The notes beneath the pieces were generated by a model, which saw nothing but the letters and a program-made list of their open reading frames with translations, had not been told where the DNA came from and did not search any database. A stretch of 64,000 bases of DNA from the human T2T-CHM13v2.0 reference genome, Homo sapiens, in assembly GCF_009914755.1 (NCBI RefSeq), contig NC_060932.1. One strand, given 5' to 3'. Below are positions 1-17,702 of the stretch, in pieces. Numbering within the stretch: position 1 is the first letter of the stretch; each line of letters begins with the position of its first letter. Made by a program: the position numbers and the translations under genes.

Positions 1-485
1 TTGTAAGTACTCTGGTAGTCATTTTTCTAAGGAAAACATTTTATAACTCTTTCAATATATACAGGTTCAAATTTGGCTAACTATGCCTGTGCATACACAA
101 AGGATGAACATGTGTAACCTCTGGTGTTTGTACATCCTAGAGGAGAGTAACATCAGTGCCTGTCCCAGCAGTAGGCTGGCAGGGGACATCTGATGCCAGC
201 AGGAGTAGGATTAAATGCAGCACTCTAGCAGGCGCCCTTTTTAAGGACTCGTTGCCCCCCATGTCATAATGGTTCATTAATTTGGGTTTCCATCTGTTCC
301 TTTTTAATTATGAAAACTGCCATAAACTCATGTTCACTGATAAATGTACATGGCTCAAAGCCCACCATTGACTGATCACACATTTTCACCATATCATCTA
401 GTGATTATTGTTCCACCCATGTTTATAATTTCCTCTTCATCATCACTATAACCCTCATGATTATCTGTATTTAAAACCATTTCTG

Positions 486-1060
<575 letters not shown>

Positions 1061-1099
1061 TGAGACCTTATCTCTTTTTTTTTTTTTTTTTTTTTTTTC

Positions 1100-1612
1100 A
1101 GTGGTTTCTCTGCTTAAGACAGGCACATCAGGGTCTTCACTGTCAATGTGGAATATTTATTTGATGTCGGTTTTATAGTTTTAGTGGATAAACTTTGGGA
1201 ATAAGGTAGTCTTCTTATTAGTGAAATAAAATCCTTTGAAGTCTTCATCTGTAGATTTGGTTTCAAACATCGCTGTAAGCCAGCATCCATGCCACTGCAG
1301 GGAACTCATGCAGCTGCTATGGAGTAGTTATTGACCAGCCAGAAAGTACTTACCTGGTTACTCATGTTTTGTTTGCATAGTAAGGCCTGGGTGAGTTACA
1401 TGTACCTCTCAAACATTTTAGATGTTGCTCTTTCCAGCCACCGCCAGTTTTATCTCATGTGGCCAACAATAGTGGCACACCCCAGAATAGTCAGCCAGTT
1501 CCTCAAAGCCTATGGTTGCTCACTCACTAGCATTGTGAAATGTTTTTCCAGAATATGCCACCAGGAAAGAGCTGTTTCTTCAGCACTGTTGATTTGCTCA
1601 AGACTAAGGTTC
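1100..1612 (-). mobile_element. Tigger/pogo-family (TcMar) transposase relic
   Basis: Frameshifted minus-strand peptides LEQINSAEETALSW, NWLTILGCATIVG/HEIKLAVAGKS and YYANKT resemble pogo DDE motifs (QIxNADETGLFW; RxTxLxCxNAxGxHKxKLxVIGKS; YYANxxAW). Confidence 0.65.
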
Positions 1613-1614
1613 TT

Positions 1615-1812
1615 GGCTGGGCACGGTGGCTCACGCCTATAATCTCAGCACTTTGGGAGGCCAAGGCAGGTGGATCACGGGAGTTCGAGACCAGCCTGGA
1701 CAACATGGTGAAACCCCGTCTCTACTAAAAATACAAAAATTAGCTGGGCATGGTGATGCGCACCTGTAATCCCAGCTACCTGGGAGGCGGAGGCGTCTCA
1801 AAAAAAAAAAAA
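1615..1812 (+). mobile_element. Alu, internally deleted
   Basis: Alu left arm plus a truncated right arm and an A tail. Confidence 0.85.
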
Positions 1813-1889
1813 TACAAAAGTGAGTAACATGTGGAACCACATATACATAGAGGTCCACAACTCAGAGCTTACCATTTATGTTTTATTAT

Positions 1890-2710
1890 TGCTATTTATT
1901 TATTTTAGCTTCATCGGGTACATGTGCAGGTTTGTTACATGGATATATTTTGTGATGCTGAGGTTTGGGCTTTGATTGAACTCATCACCCAAATAGTGAA
2001 CACAGTACCCAATAGGTCATTTTGCAACACTTTTCCCCTATTCCCCCCTCCCCGCTTTTGGAGTCCCCAGTGTCTGTTGTTCGCATCTTAAATTTTTTTT
2101 TTTTAAGAGATGGGGTCTCCCTGTGTTGCCCAGGCTAGTATTGAACTGCTGAGCTCAAGTGATCCTCCCACCTCAGCCTCCCAAAGTGCTGGGATTACAG
2201 ATGTAAGTGACTGCCCCCAGCCAATTGTTCTCATCTTTCTGTCCATCTTTACCCAGTATTTAGCTCTCACTTATGAGTGAGAACACCTGATACTTGGTTT
2301 TCTGTTTCTGCATTAATTTACTTAGAATGACGGCCTCCAGCTGCATCCATGTGGCTGCAAAGAACGTATTTTTGTTCTTTGTTATGGCTGTGTAGTGTTC
2401 TGTGGTATATGTGTACCATGTTTTTTAAATCCAGTCCACTTTTGACGGTCATCTAGACTGATTCTATACTTTTGCTGTTGTGTATAGTGCTGTGATGAAC
2501 ATGCGAGTGCAGGTGTTGTTTTGGTAGAACAATTTATTTTCCTTTGGGTGTATACCCAGTATTGGGATTGTTGGGTCGAATGGTAATTCTGTTTTTACTT
2601 CTTTGAAATATCTCCAAACTGCTTTTCACAGGGGCTGAACTAATTTACAATCCCACCAACTGTGTCAGTGTTTCCTCTTCTCTGCAGCCTTGTCAGCATC
2701 TGTTATTTTC
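1890..2710 (-). mobile_element. L1 3' end fragment (L1PB/L1MA-like), interrupted by an Alu monomer at ~2092-2222
   Basis: gtacatgtgcaggtttgttacat, agctctcacttatgagtgagaac and ctaatttacaatcccaccaac are typical L1 3'-end motifs. Confidence 0.8.
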
Positions 2711-3503
2711 AGGGCTTACAATTCAGAATGAGACCAGAACAGGTACACAGATCATATACTTACAAGGGGCTTCAGAGAAATGAGTGGTTAAGTTTCTGTC
2801 TAGGAACTGGGGAACAAATAGGAGGACTACAGAATAAGTGATACTTGTACCAGACCTTGTAGGATAGGTGGAATTGTATTGGGTGGTGGGAGAGATTGTG
2901 AGGATATCCCTCCTTTGATATCTGTGTTCTCCTTCTTTGTTAGCAATAGAACCCCTAATTTAGCTGAAATAAAAATTAAATTTCCCATTCTCCCTTGAAG
3001 CTAGGAGAGGCCATTGAATGAGTTATGGTCAGTGCAATTTAAGCAAAATGGTGTGTACTTTAGGCAGTGAGGCATAAAGTGTGAGGAGTTTTAAGGTTGT
3101 TGGGTAGCTGGGGGAAGTAGCAAGATAGTGTAGAAAAGAAAAAAACGAAGTTCATGCAATTTCTTACAGCCTGATGCAATACCTTTCCATCTGTTGTTTC
3201 TCAGTAGCACATTCAACATGGAATCGGAGGTGGTCCTGACAAAACAACAGAGGCAAGCCATGCCCTTGTCCCATGGGATTAGTGCCAGCCAGCAACAAGA
3301 AATTTCCTGCAATAGGACTATTGTCCACTAGTCTATCAGTCTGAAGGGGTAAAGGTCAGTGCTGTGGCTTTAACACCTCATAAATGACCCATCCCGGCTG
3401 TCATCCTAAGTGTTAGCCACTAAAGTTTACTTAGTATTTACATTTAAAGGAATTACTATAAAGCCAAATTTTAGCTTATTCCACCTATTAAAAAACAAAA
3501 ATG

Positions 3504-4110
<607 letters not shown>

Positions 4111-6154
4111 AGCCACAAATAATAAACTTGGAAGACCAATGGTTAAACAGTGTATGTTAACGTAGAAGGTTCTATAATAAAAAGTAACCTTACTTCAATA
4201 ACCTAAGGATTTTAGTCCTCTTGTTTTTACCTATTCCAGTCTGTCTTGTGAGAGCTACAGAGGCATTTACAAATATCTTTGCATTAACCTCAAATCAGCA
4301 AGGTAGTCTAACGTACTTACTGGAATTCATACTATAACACAAGTACTGCTGTGGAATACAACTAGAATCCACATTTCTCAGACTAGTATATTTACCTCCT
4401 AATATAACAATTGCGAAATAGAAATTAATGTAAGTTCTGCCAAAGTTGATAGTGAGATATACAAAACTTTGGGTCCAAAATGAATTCTTTTTGTGTAATG
4501 ATCAGGTGGTTGAATTACCAATGTGTATTGGCAATGGCATCCCCCAAAATTGGTTTTAAAATAGAAAATTCAACCACAAAGAATCTTTCAGTCTTAGAAA
4601 AAATTTAGTGCATCAACACTATAGAGCTTACAGAAAATGTCAAATAAATGTACAAATTCTATTAAAAAAATAGGGCAAACATTTTAGTTGGAAGCTAAAA
4701 CTAATGTTATCCTGCTCTTTGTCAAATCCTCCCCTAAATGTTATGAATACATGCATTAGTGTTTTTCCAAGCCCATTTTATAACAAGATGTACAAGTGAT
4801 AATTCTTAAGTTTATTCAGTTTGCTTTAAGAATATAAAATACATCAATCTCTTCATCATGTTTGCTTCTTACGTGCAAGAATATTAGTGGAAGCCTCTTT
4901 ATGCTCATGGTCCCTCTGGGGGCTGTGAATTGATATTCTGCAGCACATGTTGCCAAGTGCCTGTTTTGTCAAGTTTCTTTTTTGATCAGCGAAACTTTGT
5001 AAGTTGTTTCTTAGTTCCAAGACTTTCTAACTTGCTCTGGATTTCTGGGTAAATATTTGTAATTTTTTTTCCAGAATGAAATTCTGCCTGACTTTTAAAA
5101 CTCAAACTTCTAAGTGCACCGACCTGACCAATCTGACTCCCTTCCTGATCAGTGCCATGGAAGCAGTCCAGGCACACCAGAGACACAAAACCAGCCTCAA
5201 AGAATCACTGTAATCTAAACACAGAGGGGCTCGTGTCCCCTAGGGCCCAGACTTGGTTTGAAGCAGAGAACCCTGGCCTGCACTTCCCAGGGTTTCCAGA
5301 GGTGATAGTGCAGAGTAGGCCCTGGGAGACTGGTGGAGAAATAAGCTGCCAGGGAAGCCACCACTTCAGACTCTGTTAATGTTATTTCAGAGGCTGGGAT
5401 GATCACAGACAATCCTGGTCAGCTCTTTAATTACTAATCCATTTTTCACCTTTGCAGACTTCTCTAGAGGCTATTGTTACCCTGTGAGATAGCTATATCA
5501 TTTCATTGATTTCTATGTTATGACATAGTCTTGAATAGAGTTGTCAAACGTTTCTTTGACAGGAATAATTTTATTCCTGTAATTTGGCATTAGAGAGCAC
5601 CCCGCATGGGGATACATAAGCCAGAGTGTTCTGTTTGTATCCCCAGGTTCACCCAAACTGGAAATCTCCCATCCTTTGCTTCCTCCTCCTTTTGCCCTCT
5701 TCCCCTGCACCCCAATCACACTCTTCAATTCTGTGTTCACAGTATCTCCAACATCCTTCTCTTTCCAACCCATTCCCTGTGTTTTACCTTTGGGAGGTGT
5801 TTAGTAAATGCTGACCAACTGATACAATTCATTTCCCTTTTTATTCCTTGCATTTGGATATGACACTAGTTTTAATTTAGTTAAGTTTTATTTAAAACCT
5901 TTAGGCCACGGTGTATTGAAGCAACTTTGGGACACATTCTCTTTAGCCAGATAATTCAATGGCAAAAAAACTTGAAAAACTTAAGTTTTATTCTTGTTAT
6001 AGAGGAAGCAAATTCCTCACTTCTTTTAGGACTATCTTTTGAAATACATGTTATTTCCAGCTTAAAGAACTTAGAAATAAAATCTTACCCCAATAGATGA
6101 CTAGATGTGCCAGTGTAATTATTTGAAAGTCCTTTTAAGTGGTTATTACTTGAC

Positions 6155-6315
6155 TTTTTTTTTTCCTTTTTTAGATAGAGTCTTGCTCTGTCACCCAGGT
6201 TGGAGTGCAGAGGCACAATCACAGCTCACTTCAGCCTTGATCTCGCAGGCTCAACCAGTCCTCCCACCTCAGCCTCCCGAGTAGCTGGGAGTACAGGTGT
6301 GAGCTCCTGCGCCTG
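6155..6315 (-). mobile_element. Partial Alu (right arm/FRAM-like)
   Basis: Poly-T, gagtcttgctctgtcacccagg...cctcagcctcccgagtagctgg. Confidence 0.8.
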
Positions 6316-7216
6316 TGATTACTTTACTTTTTTATTGAATGTACCCCATAATTACTGGTTCTTGTTTATTTTTTCTTTATTTTTCTTTTTATCAGGCAGC
6401 TACCTGAGCCAGAGTAGGCTCAGAGAGACTCCTAGTTCACTTGTTTATTCTCAAGTAAGAAGTCAAACAGTTTAGAATGTCATTCATTTTGTGCAGTTCC
6501 CATGATTTGCTCTGTCATTTTCAGAACTACCAGGAATACATAGCGTTGAATCTGCCCACTTGTTTTGGCTACTGTTGTTCCATCCCAGGGACAGAGAGGA
6601 TGCTCCAAGCCCTCTAGAGTGATAGCCACTCCTCCCAGGCCACACTGGAACCCCCTGGTGGCACTGAACATTACTATCCTGTCTCCTGGAAACAGGTCAA
6701 TATCCTGCATCTGTAACATGCAGCAGGAGAGCCCTGATGTTCTCAATGCTGACCTGAAAGTCAGGAATTCCAGGTGCTCTGTATTATCTGAATTTGTCAT
6801 CCAAATCAACATTGTAAACCAAGCAAGTTAGCAACAAGGTCTAAAGCATGACAAATTAAGAAATCCACACTTGGACCTAAATGTTAGGTCACAAAATTTC
6901 AAAATTAAAGTGGAGCAGATTCAGGAAGGCTCTGTGGGATTTTTTTTTAACATAGAATTTCCTATAGTCTGTTCACTTTGGCAGGTCACACTTCATGTTA
7001 AAATACTCTTCTTGGAGGATGTGACCTCCAAAAGAAAATGTTAAAAGGGGGTAGAGATGGCTGCTGTAACAGTTTGATATATAATGATAACACTACATGG
7101 ATAAGATGATAATAGTAAGTGTGTGTGTATATCTATACATATAGTGATAACACTATATAAGAACCATCTGGATATAACTCGGTGTCTTGGATCACAGATT
7201 GAAAGATCCTAACTAG

Positions 7217-7490
7217 GTGTCTTAGTTCATTCCTGCCCTATAACACAATAGACTGGTAATTTATAAATAGAAATATATTTCTCACAGTTCTGGATGCTGT
7301 GAAGTTCGATTTCAAGGTGCAGGCCAGATTTGGTGTCTGGCAAAGTCTCACTCTACCTTCAAGATGGCTCCTCTTGCAGTATCCTCACATGGCAGGAGGA
7401 GGGGAGGGCCAAGCAGTTCTCTGAAGCCTCTTTTATAAGGACATTAATTTCATTCGTAAGGGCAGAGCACTTAGGGCCTAATCACTGGAG
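7217..7490. mobile_element. MaLR LTR fragment (MST/MLT1-like)
   Basis: tgtcttagttcatt...tttctcacagttctgg...ctcttttataagg motifs. Confidence 0.65.
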
Positions 7491-8819
7491 CAGTGATTGC
7501 AGTCCCTGCATGTCCCCCACCCAGGGTGGTACATGAACCCCAGTATGCAGTAGAAGGGAACAAGGGGAGGGCTGGGGTTTGAGTCCCACTGCTTTCCATC
7601 ATGGCTGCTGTAGCCCAGTGTTGTTGCAGAATGTCTGCCCAGGCATGGGTGCTTCAGGATGCCACTCCAGAGCCCTATTATACTGGACCCTCCACCCCCA
7701 GCTTGCTCCTGGAAAGCTGCACACTGCTCACAGGCTGTGTTGCCAGCCATTCTCTATGAGCATCCCGCAGCTGCCTCTCATTTAGGGTTCTGCATTCAGC
7801 TGCAGCTGAGCCTCCGAAGAAATGAAAGCCTTTAATTCCCATCCCTGCTCATAGTTTTTAGCTGCCTATTAGGACCAATCTCCACACTTAAAGCATTCAC
7901 CTTCATCCTCTCCAGCTCTGGGATCACCTTGCTTAATCCTCTTCAATAGGCTAGAACTAGCCTTAAGAAAATTTAAGAAAAAGCTCTTAAAGTCCTCTAC
8001 TGGATGCCAATGAGACATACAAACAGCCTACTCACAAGTGAGAGAAACCCAACCCAAACTAGCTTAAGCAAAAAGGAATTTTATCTCACATAATAGTCCA
8101 AGGGTAGAGCTTGATCAAGATATTAAATTATGTCACTATGGCAAGTCATCTCCCCTTCTGTCCTTCTTGCACATTGGCTGTATCTCTGTCAACTTCCCCC
8201 ACTTGTGGAGCAAGATAGTTGCCATAGTTCTCGAATCTTCAAGTGTTTCTTGACTGAAGTTAAGTGGGGATGAGTCTCAGCTTCTCTCGGCAGTCCCAGA
8301 AAGCCTCAGTGTATCTTACTAGCTTTGACTGGGGCATAGTCCTATCCTTGAGCTATCCTTGGCCAGGGGGAATGCATATCTGATTGGCCAGGCCTGATTC
8401 ATATGCTTACTCCTGGAGCTGGGAATAGTGAATGCCATCTGAAACTAACCTCGATTCTGGAGGGAGAAATAGATCCCTAGAAGAAAATTGGGATACTGTT
8501 ATCAGAAGGGAAATGGATGCAGAATGTTCACAAATACATCCCTTCTTTACTCAATGTTTTTCTTAATTACAAATAAATTCTTCTGGCCAATGCTCTATAC
8601 AATGCCTTCTCTACTCTCTTCAAGATCCATAACACAGTGCTTATCAAACTTTAAAATGCAAAGAAACCATCTGGGGAATCCTACTAAAAATGCAGATTAA
8701 CATCCTTCAGTAGTGTGATGATGGCTGAAATATGGGAAGAGCAGGTGTCACAGGAGCTCAAATAGGGCTTCTCACTCATTAGCCTCAATTGCCTCTGTGA
8801 AATAGGAGGCAGAAGGCCA

Positions 8820-9810
<991 letters not shown>

Positions 9811-10261
9811 TATGTTAGGGATCTTGAGAGTAGAGAAGGAATCATATAGAGAATTGACCAGTTGCACACAAAAGAATTGCCAAACTGGCACTTGAGCTCG
9901 TACCCCCTCCATGTCTCATGGCCGTGATCCCCACAAGAGTCATTTTTTTTTCCAGTTGCTCTTAGGCAGCTCAAATGTAGAAGCAAGCCTTGCATTCAGA
10001 TTGACTTGTAGTTGGAGGTTAGCAGAACAGGCATGTCGGAAAGAGAAACGATTGAAAGTTGACATGCGACCATGAGAATGGCCAAAATCGTGCAGATGGG
10101 AGTCTGTAGGCCGGATAGGAAGGAGGGTGGCCATGAAGAAAGGTGGTGACAACCTGAATGTTTCTGATAGCATGAAGCAGGTAAGGTGTGAGAAAAAGTT
10201 AGCAGAGTAGTGGTCCAAGATTGCTATATAGAGTCTGTGGAACTGTTAGGTCCAGAGAAAA

Positions 10262-10382
10262 CTGTCCAACAGAACCTTTTGGATGATAGAAATGTTCTCT
10301 ATCTGCACTGTCCAGTATGGTAGCTGCTAGCCACATGTGGCTGTGGAGCACTTGAAATACTACTAGTATGACTGAAGAACTG
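10262..10382. mobile_element. MER3-like hAT-Charlie MITE
   Basis: ctgtccaacagaac...gctagccacatgtggct...gcacttgaaat. Confidence 0.65.
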
Positions 10383-10651
10383 TTGGAAACATTACTAATA
10401 GTTCTAAAGGCCAAAGCTATCTATACAACTAGATGCTCAAAGAAATGTTGCTCTCTTCTCATCCCCACTAACCTATTCCACTTCCTGTCTTCTATTCCAA
10501 CCCTTTTTATCCACCCTCTGTAAGTAACCACTCCTTCATTTCTGGCTTTTTCTTCCTGTATTTCTTTTGCATAATGAGCTGATAGTGGTGTGTTTTCTTA
10601 TATTCCTTTCTTACATGAAGTGTAGCTTACAATAGATACTCTGAATTTTAC

Positions 10652-12811
<2,160 letters not shown>

Positions 12812-12959
12812 TAATATATACAAGCTTTTAAAAACATATATAAAATGTGTATTAAATACATCTTTTGGACAAACAAAACTAAACAGTAAGTTGTACCTCC
12901 TTTTAATATTAATGAGTATAAAGATAAAAGAATCTGACAAGTGTGAAGTTAAAGGACAC

Positions 12960-12965
12960 TTTATT
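12960..12965 (-). terminator. Polyadenylation signal AATAAA
   Basis: Plus-strand tttatt, followed on the minus strand by gtgtcctttaacttca and then U-rich sequence. Confidence 0.8.
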
Positions 12966-12995
12966 TACTGACAGATTGAAAACTGTAACTCCAGG

Positions 12996-13087
12996 TAGTG
13001 CAAAATGCACCACAACCCAATTACAAAGAACAGGTGTTAACACACAATGTTTAAACAATGCTACACTCATTTTTGGCAAAGTGCTGT
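12996..13087 (-). promoter_or_regulatory. Distal 3'UTR miRNA-site cluster (miR-130/301, miR-182/96, miR-17/93/106)
   Basis: Plus strand TAGTGCAA 12996-13003, TTTGGCAA 13072-13079 and CAAAGTGCTGT 13077-13087. Confidence 0.7.
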
Positions 13088-16000
13088 ATTGTTCAGTCTG
13101 TGTACAAAACTGACCATCTATGAACCAATCAGTATAAAAAATTTCTATAAAAACAAAATTTAGACAGTGGCTCAAGAAAACAAGCTGCCATTTATGCATA
13201 GATTGATGTACAGTAACCTAACCAAATGTCCCTTTTGAATTTTCAAGTTACTGAAAAAAAATGTGTCGAGAAACACATTAAGAAGGCACATGTACAGTCT
13301 ACAATACTCTTCAGTCTCCCTAACTCATGCCCTGCCCCTATAAAGGAAATATGTTCACAATTTTACTTGAGAAAAAAAAACAAAGCCACTTAAAAAAAAA
13401 AAAACACACACGCAATTATTAAAGTTCAAAATCTCTGGAGGAAAATACAAGCAAAACCACTCATACACTCCAAGCCTGAAACACACATCTAACCTCCCCA
13501 GGTACTGGTTTGGTTTTCAGAGGTCCACCTAGAAAACAAATACTAAAACTTCAGGCAAAACAGAGCAAAACTGGACATTTAACAATTACACAATTTTTAA
13601 AAGTGTCGTAAAATTCTCAACTATATACAAAACATTGTCCACTTAAGCTGCCTGCCTTTCAAGAGTAACTCTCCTCCCATGCAAAGGATACTGTTGCACA
13701 TAAAAGATATCCTCATCTGCATGTTTTCCAGTACCTCTTTCTCCACCCTAAACAGTTGAAATTTAATTGGTCTCAAATTTCAAGTGAAACTGATACATGG
13801 CAAGGCTGACACCACTGTATCATGTAGGTTTTCTAAATAAAGCATTTTATGTATAATTTTAAGCATTAAAGTAAGTAGATAGGGATGCCATTTCTAATAT
13901 ATCAGCATGGCTGATGGCAGTGAAACCATCCAAGATAGAAGGCCCACTTTTAACAGAGTTTAACCAGTATTTATGGGCCTTATAAAATAAAAAGATAATT
14001 TTAAAGTAACATTACAAACATATACTACTAGTGTCTCCCAGTACAAGGAGCAGTCTCTTGACTCAAAAAATGAAAACTAATATGTGGAAACTCTTAAAGT
14101 TTTCCCACTAATCTATTTAAATGTAAATATCTGTCTTCTAGTTGGAGTCCTTCATGTTTTTGTTTCCAACTCAGAGAAAATGAGAATAATGAAGATACTC
14201 TTCCTTGCTCGTTTTTCTTAAGAGTACATAAAGATAATATATAATGTATTTCATTGAGGAGGAAGAGAAGTAGCAAGGATTTCAATGAAGACATAATGAT
14301 TACAAACCAGTGTACTATACAGATTTCAGAAGCAGAAAAAATGCTGAACAGCCTGCTCAAGTTTTAAATAAACTGTCTTCTCACTCAAAGTACTGATACA
14401 ACAGAGAAGGTATGTAAACAGGAACAGTTTGCATGGGGATTGGAAAAATGTATAGGAAATTAATATTTCTTAAAAGCTCCCTGCGATAGGAAGTCGAAAA
14501 CCCAATCACTTTGCATCTTTCTGCAAAAAATTCCCCACCCAATCAACCATATAAATGCATTGCCACAGAAGATAAATAATGGATGGCTAATTTTCACCTT
14601 ACAGTGCAGTACACAATTAGTTGAGAAAAAAAATAAACATAAGATATATATTATAAAATGTTTTGTCAACAAAAACAAACTTTGAGAAACATGGCGCACT
14701 ATAAAAGCTAAGAAACTCATTCACGAAGCACTGCTTGTGTACACCACATATTCCAGACTTTTTCCAAGTAACATTCTATGTTAACAGTTTAGAGCTACTA
14801 ATTCAGAGAGGTCTTATTTCTCACTGCTTGCATTTTAAAGAAATATGTCTAAAGCGCATTGTAAACCACTAATATTTACAATAGCAAAAAAAAAAAAGCT
14901 CATAAAATGCATTTTGGCCATGTTTCAGAGAATACTTAACAGGTCAACATCGTTCTGTGTTGTGGTTGGCCTTGTGTCTTACATACAGGAGATGCCTAAC
15001 ATCTAATAACCAAGAGTTTCAACTGAATTATATAACCATTTTCTTCAATACTTACATGTGCCAATTTTAGGCAGAAACCACAGTATGATATTCCAGGTGG
15101 TGTGGTAATCCCAACCTTGAAAAAAAGCCCAACGAATGTAATTTTTTGTTTTCTAGGTACAAAGCATAAAAAACTAGCCCCAGGTAAGGCAAACAAAAAG
15201 TCAATAAGGAAATCTGGAAAAAAGGCCATTGCAGTTATACACAAATCTGTTCATGTTGCCAAACAAAATCTCATGGCTGAACTTCTGTAGCTTGTGAGGT
15301 ACTAACAACTTACATGCAATGTATGAAAAAGAGACGCCGTGTAGTCAGAGTTTTACATCCTGAAGACATTAAGCTGGTCTATTTTCAAGTTACCAATGCA
15401 TGGCCCTATAACAAACATCGTATAAAACATACACACCTTCATGGAAACTATCTTATCTCCCAACTCTGGTAAACACAAATAGTAAGAGAAAACAACTTCT
15501 AACTCACTTTGACAAAACTTTACAGACTTGGCCCCTAATTAGACAGCAAATAAATAAAGGGGAAGTCAAAACGGAAGGGGCAATAAGGAGAAAGGGGGAA
15601 TCTAACTCTTGTTCTAAAGAGACATTCTGGCACTTCATCACAGCCAGTAGAAGAACAATGTAAAACCTCCATCTCACTACACATTTGACGTCTTCCACTC
15701 CAAACGCTCTAATCTAGTCAGAAAAGAGCACAGCTCTTCGCTGAAAGTCCCCCAGGGTTCCCTGCATCAAGCCACTACAGGGTTATTGAAAAATATAATA
15801 CTTCACTTAAGGATATGCTGCTTTTCTCCTTGAAAACATTTTGTAGACCTGTACTCATTTAATTAGGGTTGCAGAGGAGATGGAAAAACAAGCTGTTTGA
15901 TTATGAAGGCAACACTTCTGTCAGTAGAATTGCTTTGGATTGTAAATATGTTTACTTCAGAGGAAATCAGTCAGAGTGGATGGCTCAGCAAAACCCATCA

Positions 16001-16970
16001 CAACTGCGGAAAAAGGAAGTGACTGGCTAGAGGTAAGGAAATAGATTTTCTCTAAGTTAACTGGCCTACGTGTGAATCGAACCCTGCACCCTGGCCTCAT
16101 TAGCACCAACACTGTGAAGAACAGCTGTGGCAGAGAAAGTGCCACGGCCCCACCCCATCACCAGATTCAGTAGAAAGGCCCTTGGAATTTCCTACAAGGT
16201 TCAGTTCTGAACAGCTCCACTTCAAATCAGTATAGAATCCTCACAGTGACTCTGTGAGGGAGGTAAATGTCACTGCTCCCCGTTGGTGGGGGAAACAGAG
16301 GCCAGAGTGGTTAAAGATTTTGCCTGAAGTTAAAACAAAAAATGAAAAGTCACTTGGACTGCAGGGAAGAATACTTACAATACAAGGCAATTAAAAAAAA
16401 AAAAAGAAAAAAGTTGAGCCAACCTGTCACTCTTCACTCAGATGCCATGAAAGACATCATCACCAGACAGTCCCCACACTCTTGCCACTTGGCAGGACAG
16501 GCTCCATGACAGAGGATTTTTCACTCTGTGGAAATATAAAGCCTATCTCTTTTCCCATGGGCAGAGAGAAATATGAAGTCACTTGAGTGCCTGGACAAGT
16601 ACTTCCAAATTTATAGCTGATGCGAGGTGAGGAGTGGACAGAATTGGCGGGAAGGAATAGTAACAAATTAAATACTGCACTAATGGGTTAGTTACAGACA
16701 TGAATTTTTCCAAATATAATCTCACAGGTCTAATTTAATCCCTCTGCACGAGACAAGTGCCTCTGTCTACAACACCTGTAATGTCTGTACCACGTCATGC
16801 AGTCACATTGGAATTACTGCATGCACTCTTCACTAAAGCTTAATGTACCTGAATTCCAAATGAACTGTATGACTAATCTGGGGAAAAACCATACACACAG
16901 AATACATCAAGTTTTCTTTCAAAAGAAAGTCCAGCCATAATTCCATTATATCCATGGCAACTATCACCTG

Positions 16971-16981
16971 TTAATGCTAAT
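16971..16981 (-). promoter_or_regulatory. miR-155 target site (8mer, extended)
   Basis: Plus strand TTAATGCTAAT equals miR-155-5p nt 1-11, so the mRNA is complementary. TP53INP1 is an established miR-155 target. Confidence 0.8.
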
Positions 16982-17452
16982 GTTAGTGTATAAAAATGTA
17001 TTCATCATATACAGAGAGATTATCAAGTACTGGTCAATAAAGTGTACAGCTGACCCTGAGAATAAATTTTTGCTTGCTTAAAAGATTAAGTAATACAAAA
17101 TAAAATGAAAATGAAAGATGCCTATTCTCGTACTTGGGAAGAAATGTCTTTAAAATGCTGACTAATGTATAACCTAATATATTTAAAGACACCCCCAAAC
17201 ACTGTAATTATATTGATATGTTTCCAGAAATAATCTGAAAAAGTGTACAAAAAAAGTAAATGTTAAAGGCAAGGCATTATGTGATACACAGCATATAAAT
17301 CTGATTTTCAAGATAGTGTCTAAATACACTGATAAAACTATGTGATTGGTTATCAATTGGTTGTAAAGAGACAACATTTTCACTGTACATATACACACAT
17401 CCATACATGTAAGCACAAACCAAGAGAAACCAACCAACAAAACTTGAAACTA

Positions 17453-17702
17453 TTAGTAATTGTACTGACGCGGGCAGGGCTGATGAACAACCCAGCCATT
17501 GTGCTTGACTTGCCGAGGGTGGCAATCCCTGGTAAGATTTTGGCGACGAAGGCTATTTCTGTTAAGAGGCTGTCTTTCACTGTGTTCTTTTATCCACTGG
17601 GAAGGGCGAAAGCTCTTGGGTTGTTCCAGAAAAGTTGTATGAGCAGCAAGAGCTGCAACATAACAATGAATATGCTGCCCCATTTCATTTTGAGCTTCCA
17701 CT
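17453..17702 (-). CDS. TP53INP1: TP53INP1 last coding exon, alpha isoform C-terminus (R)VEAQNEMGQH...QPCPRQYNY*
   Basis: Acceptor ttttttctgtttcag|AGTGGAAGCT; 112+361+250=723 nt = 240 aa plus stop. Confidence 0.97.

Larger units (their letters stand above)
12940..17452 (-). other. TP53INP1: TP53INP1 long AU-rich 3'UTR (~4.5 kb, no Alu)
   Basis: Unique AT-rich sequence running from the stop codon to AATAAA; many miRNA seed matches. Confidence 0.85.

Noticed and set aside
4860-5186. Lys-rich minus-strand ORF, considered as a possible processed pseudogene
   Set aside because: No recognisable parent protein, poly-A tail or TSD.
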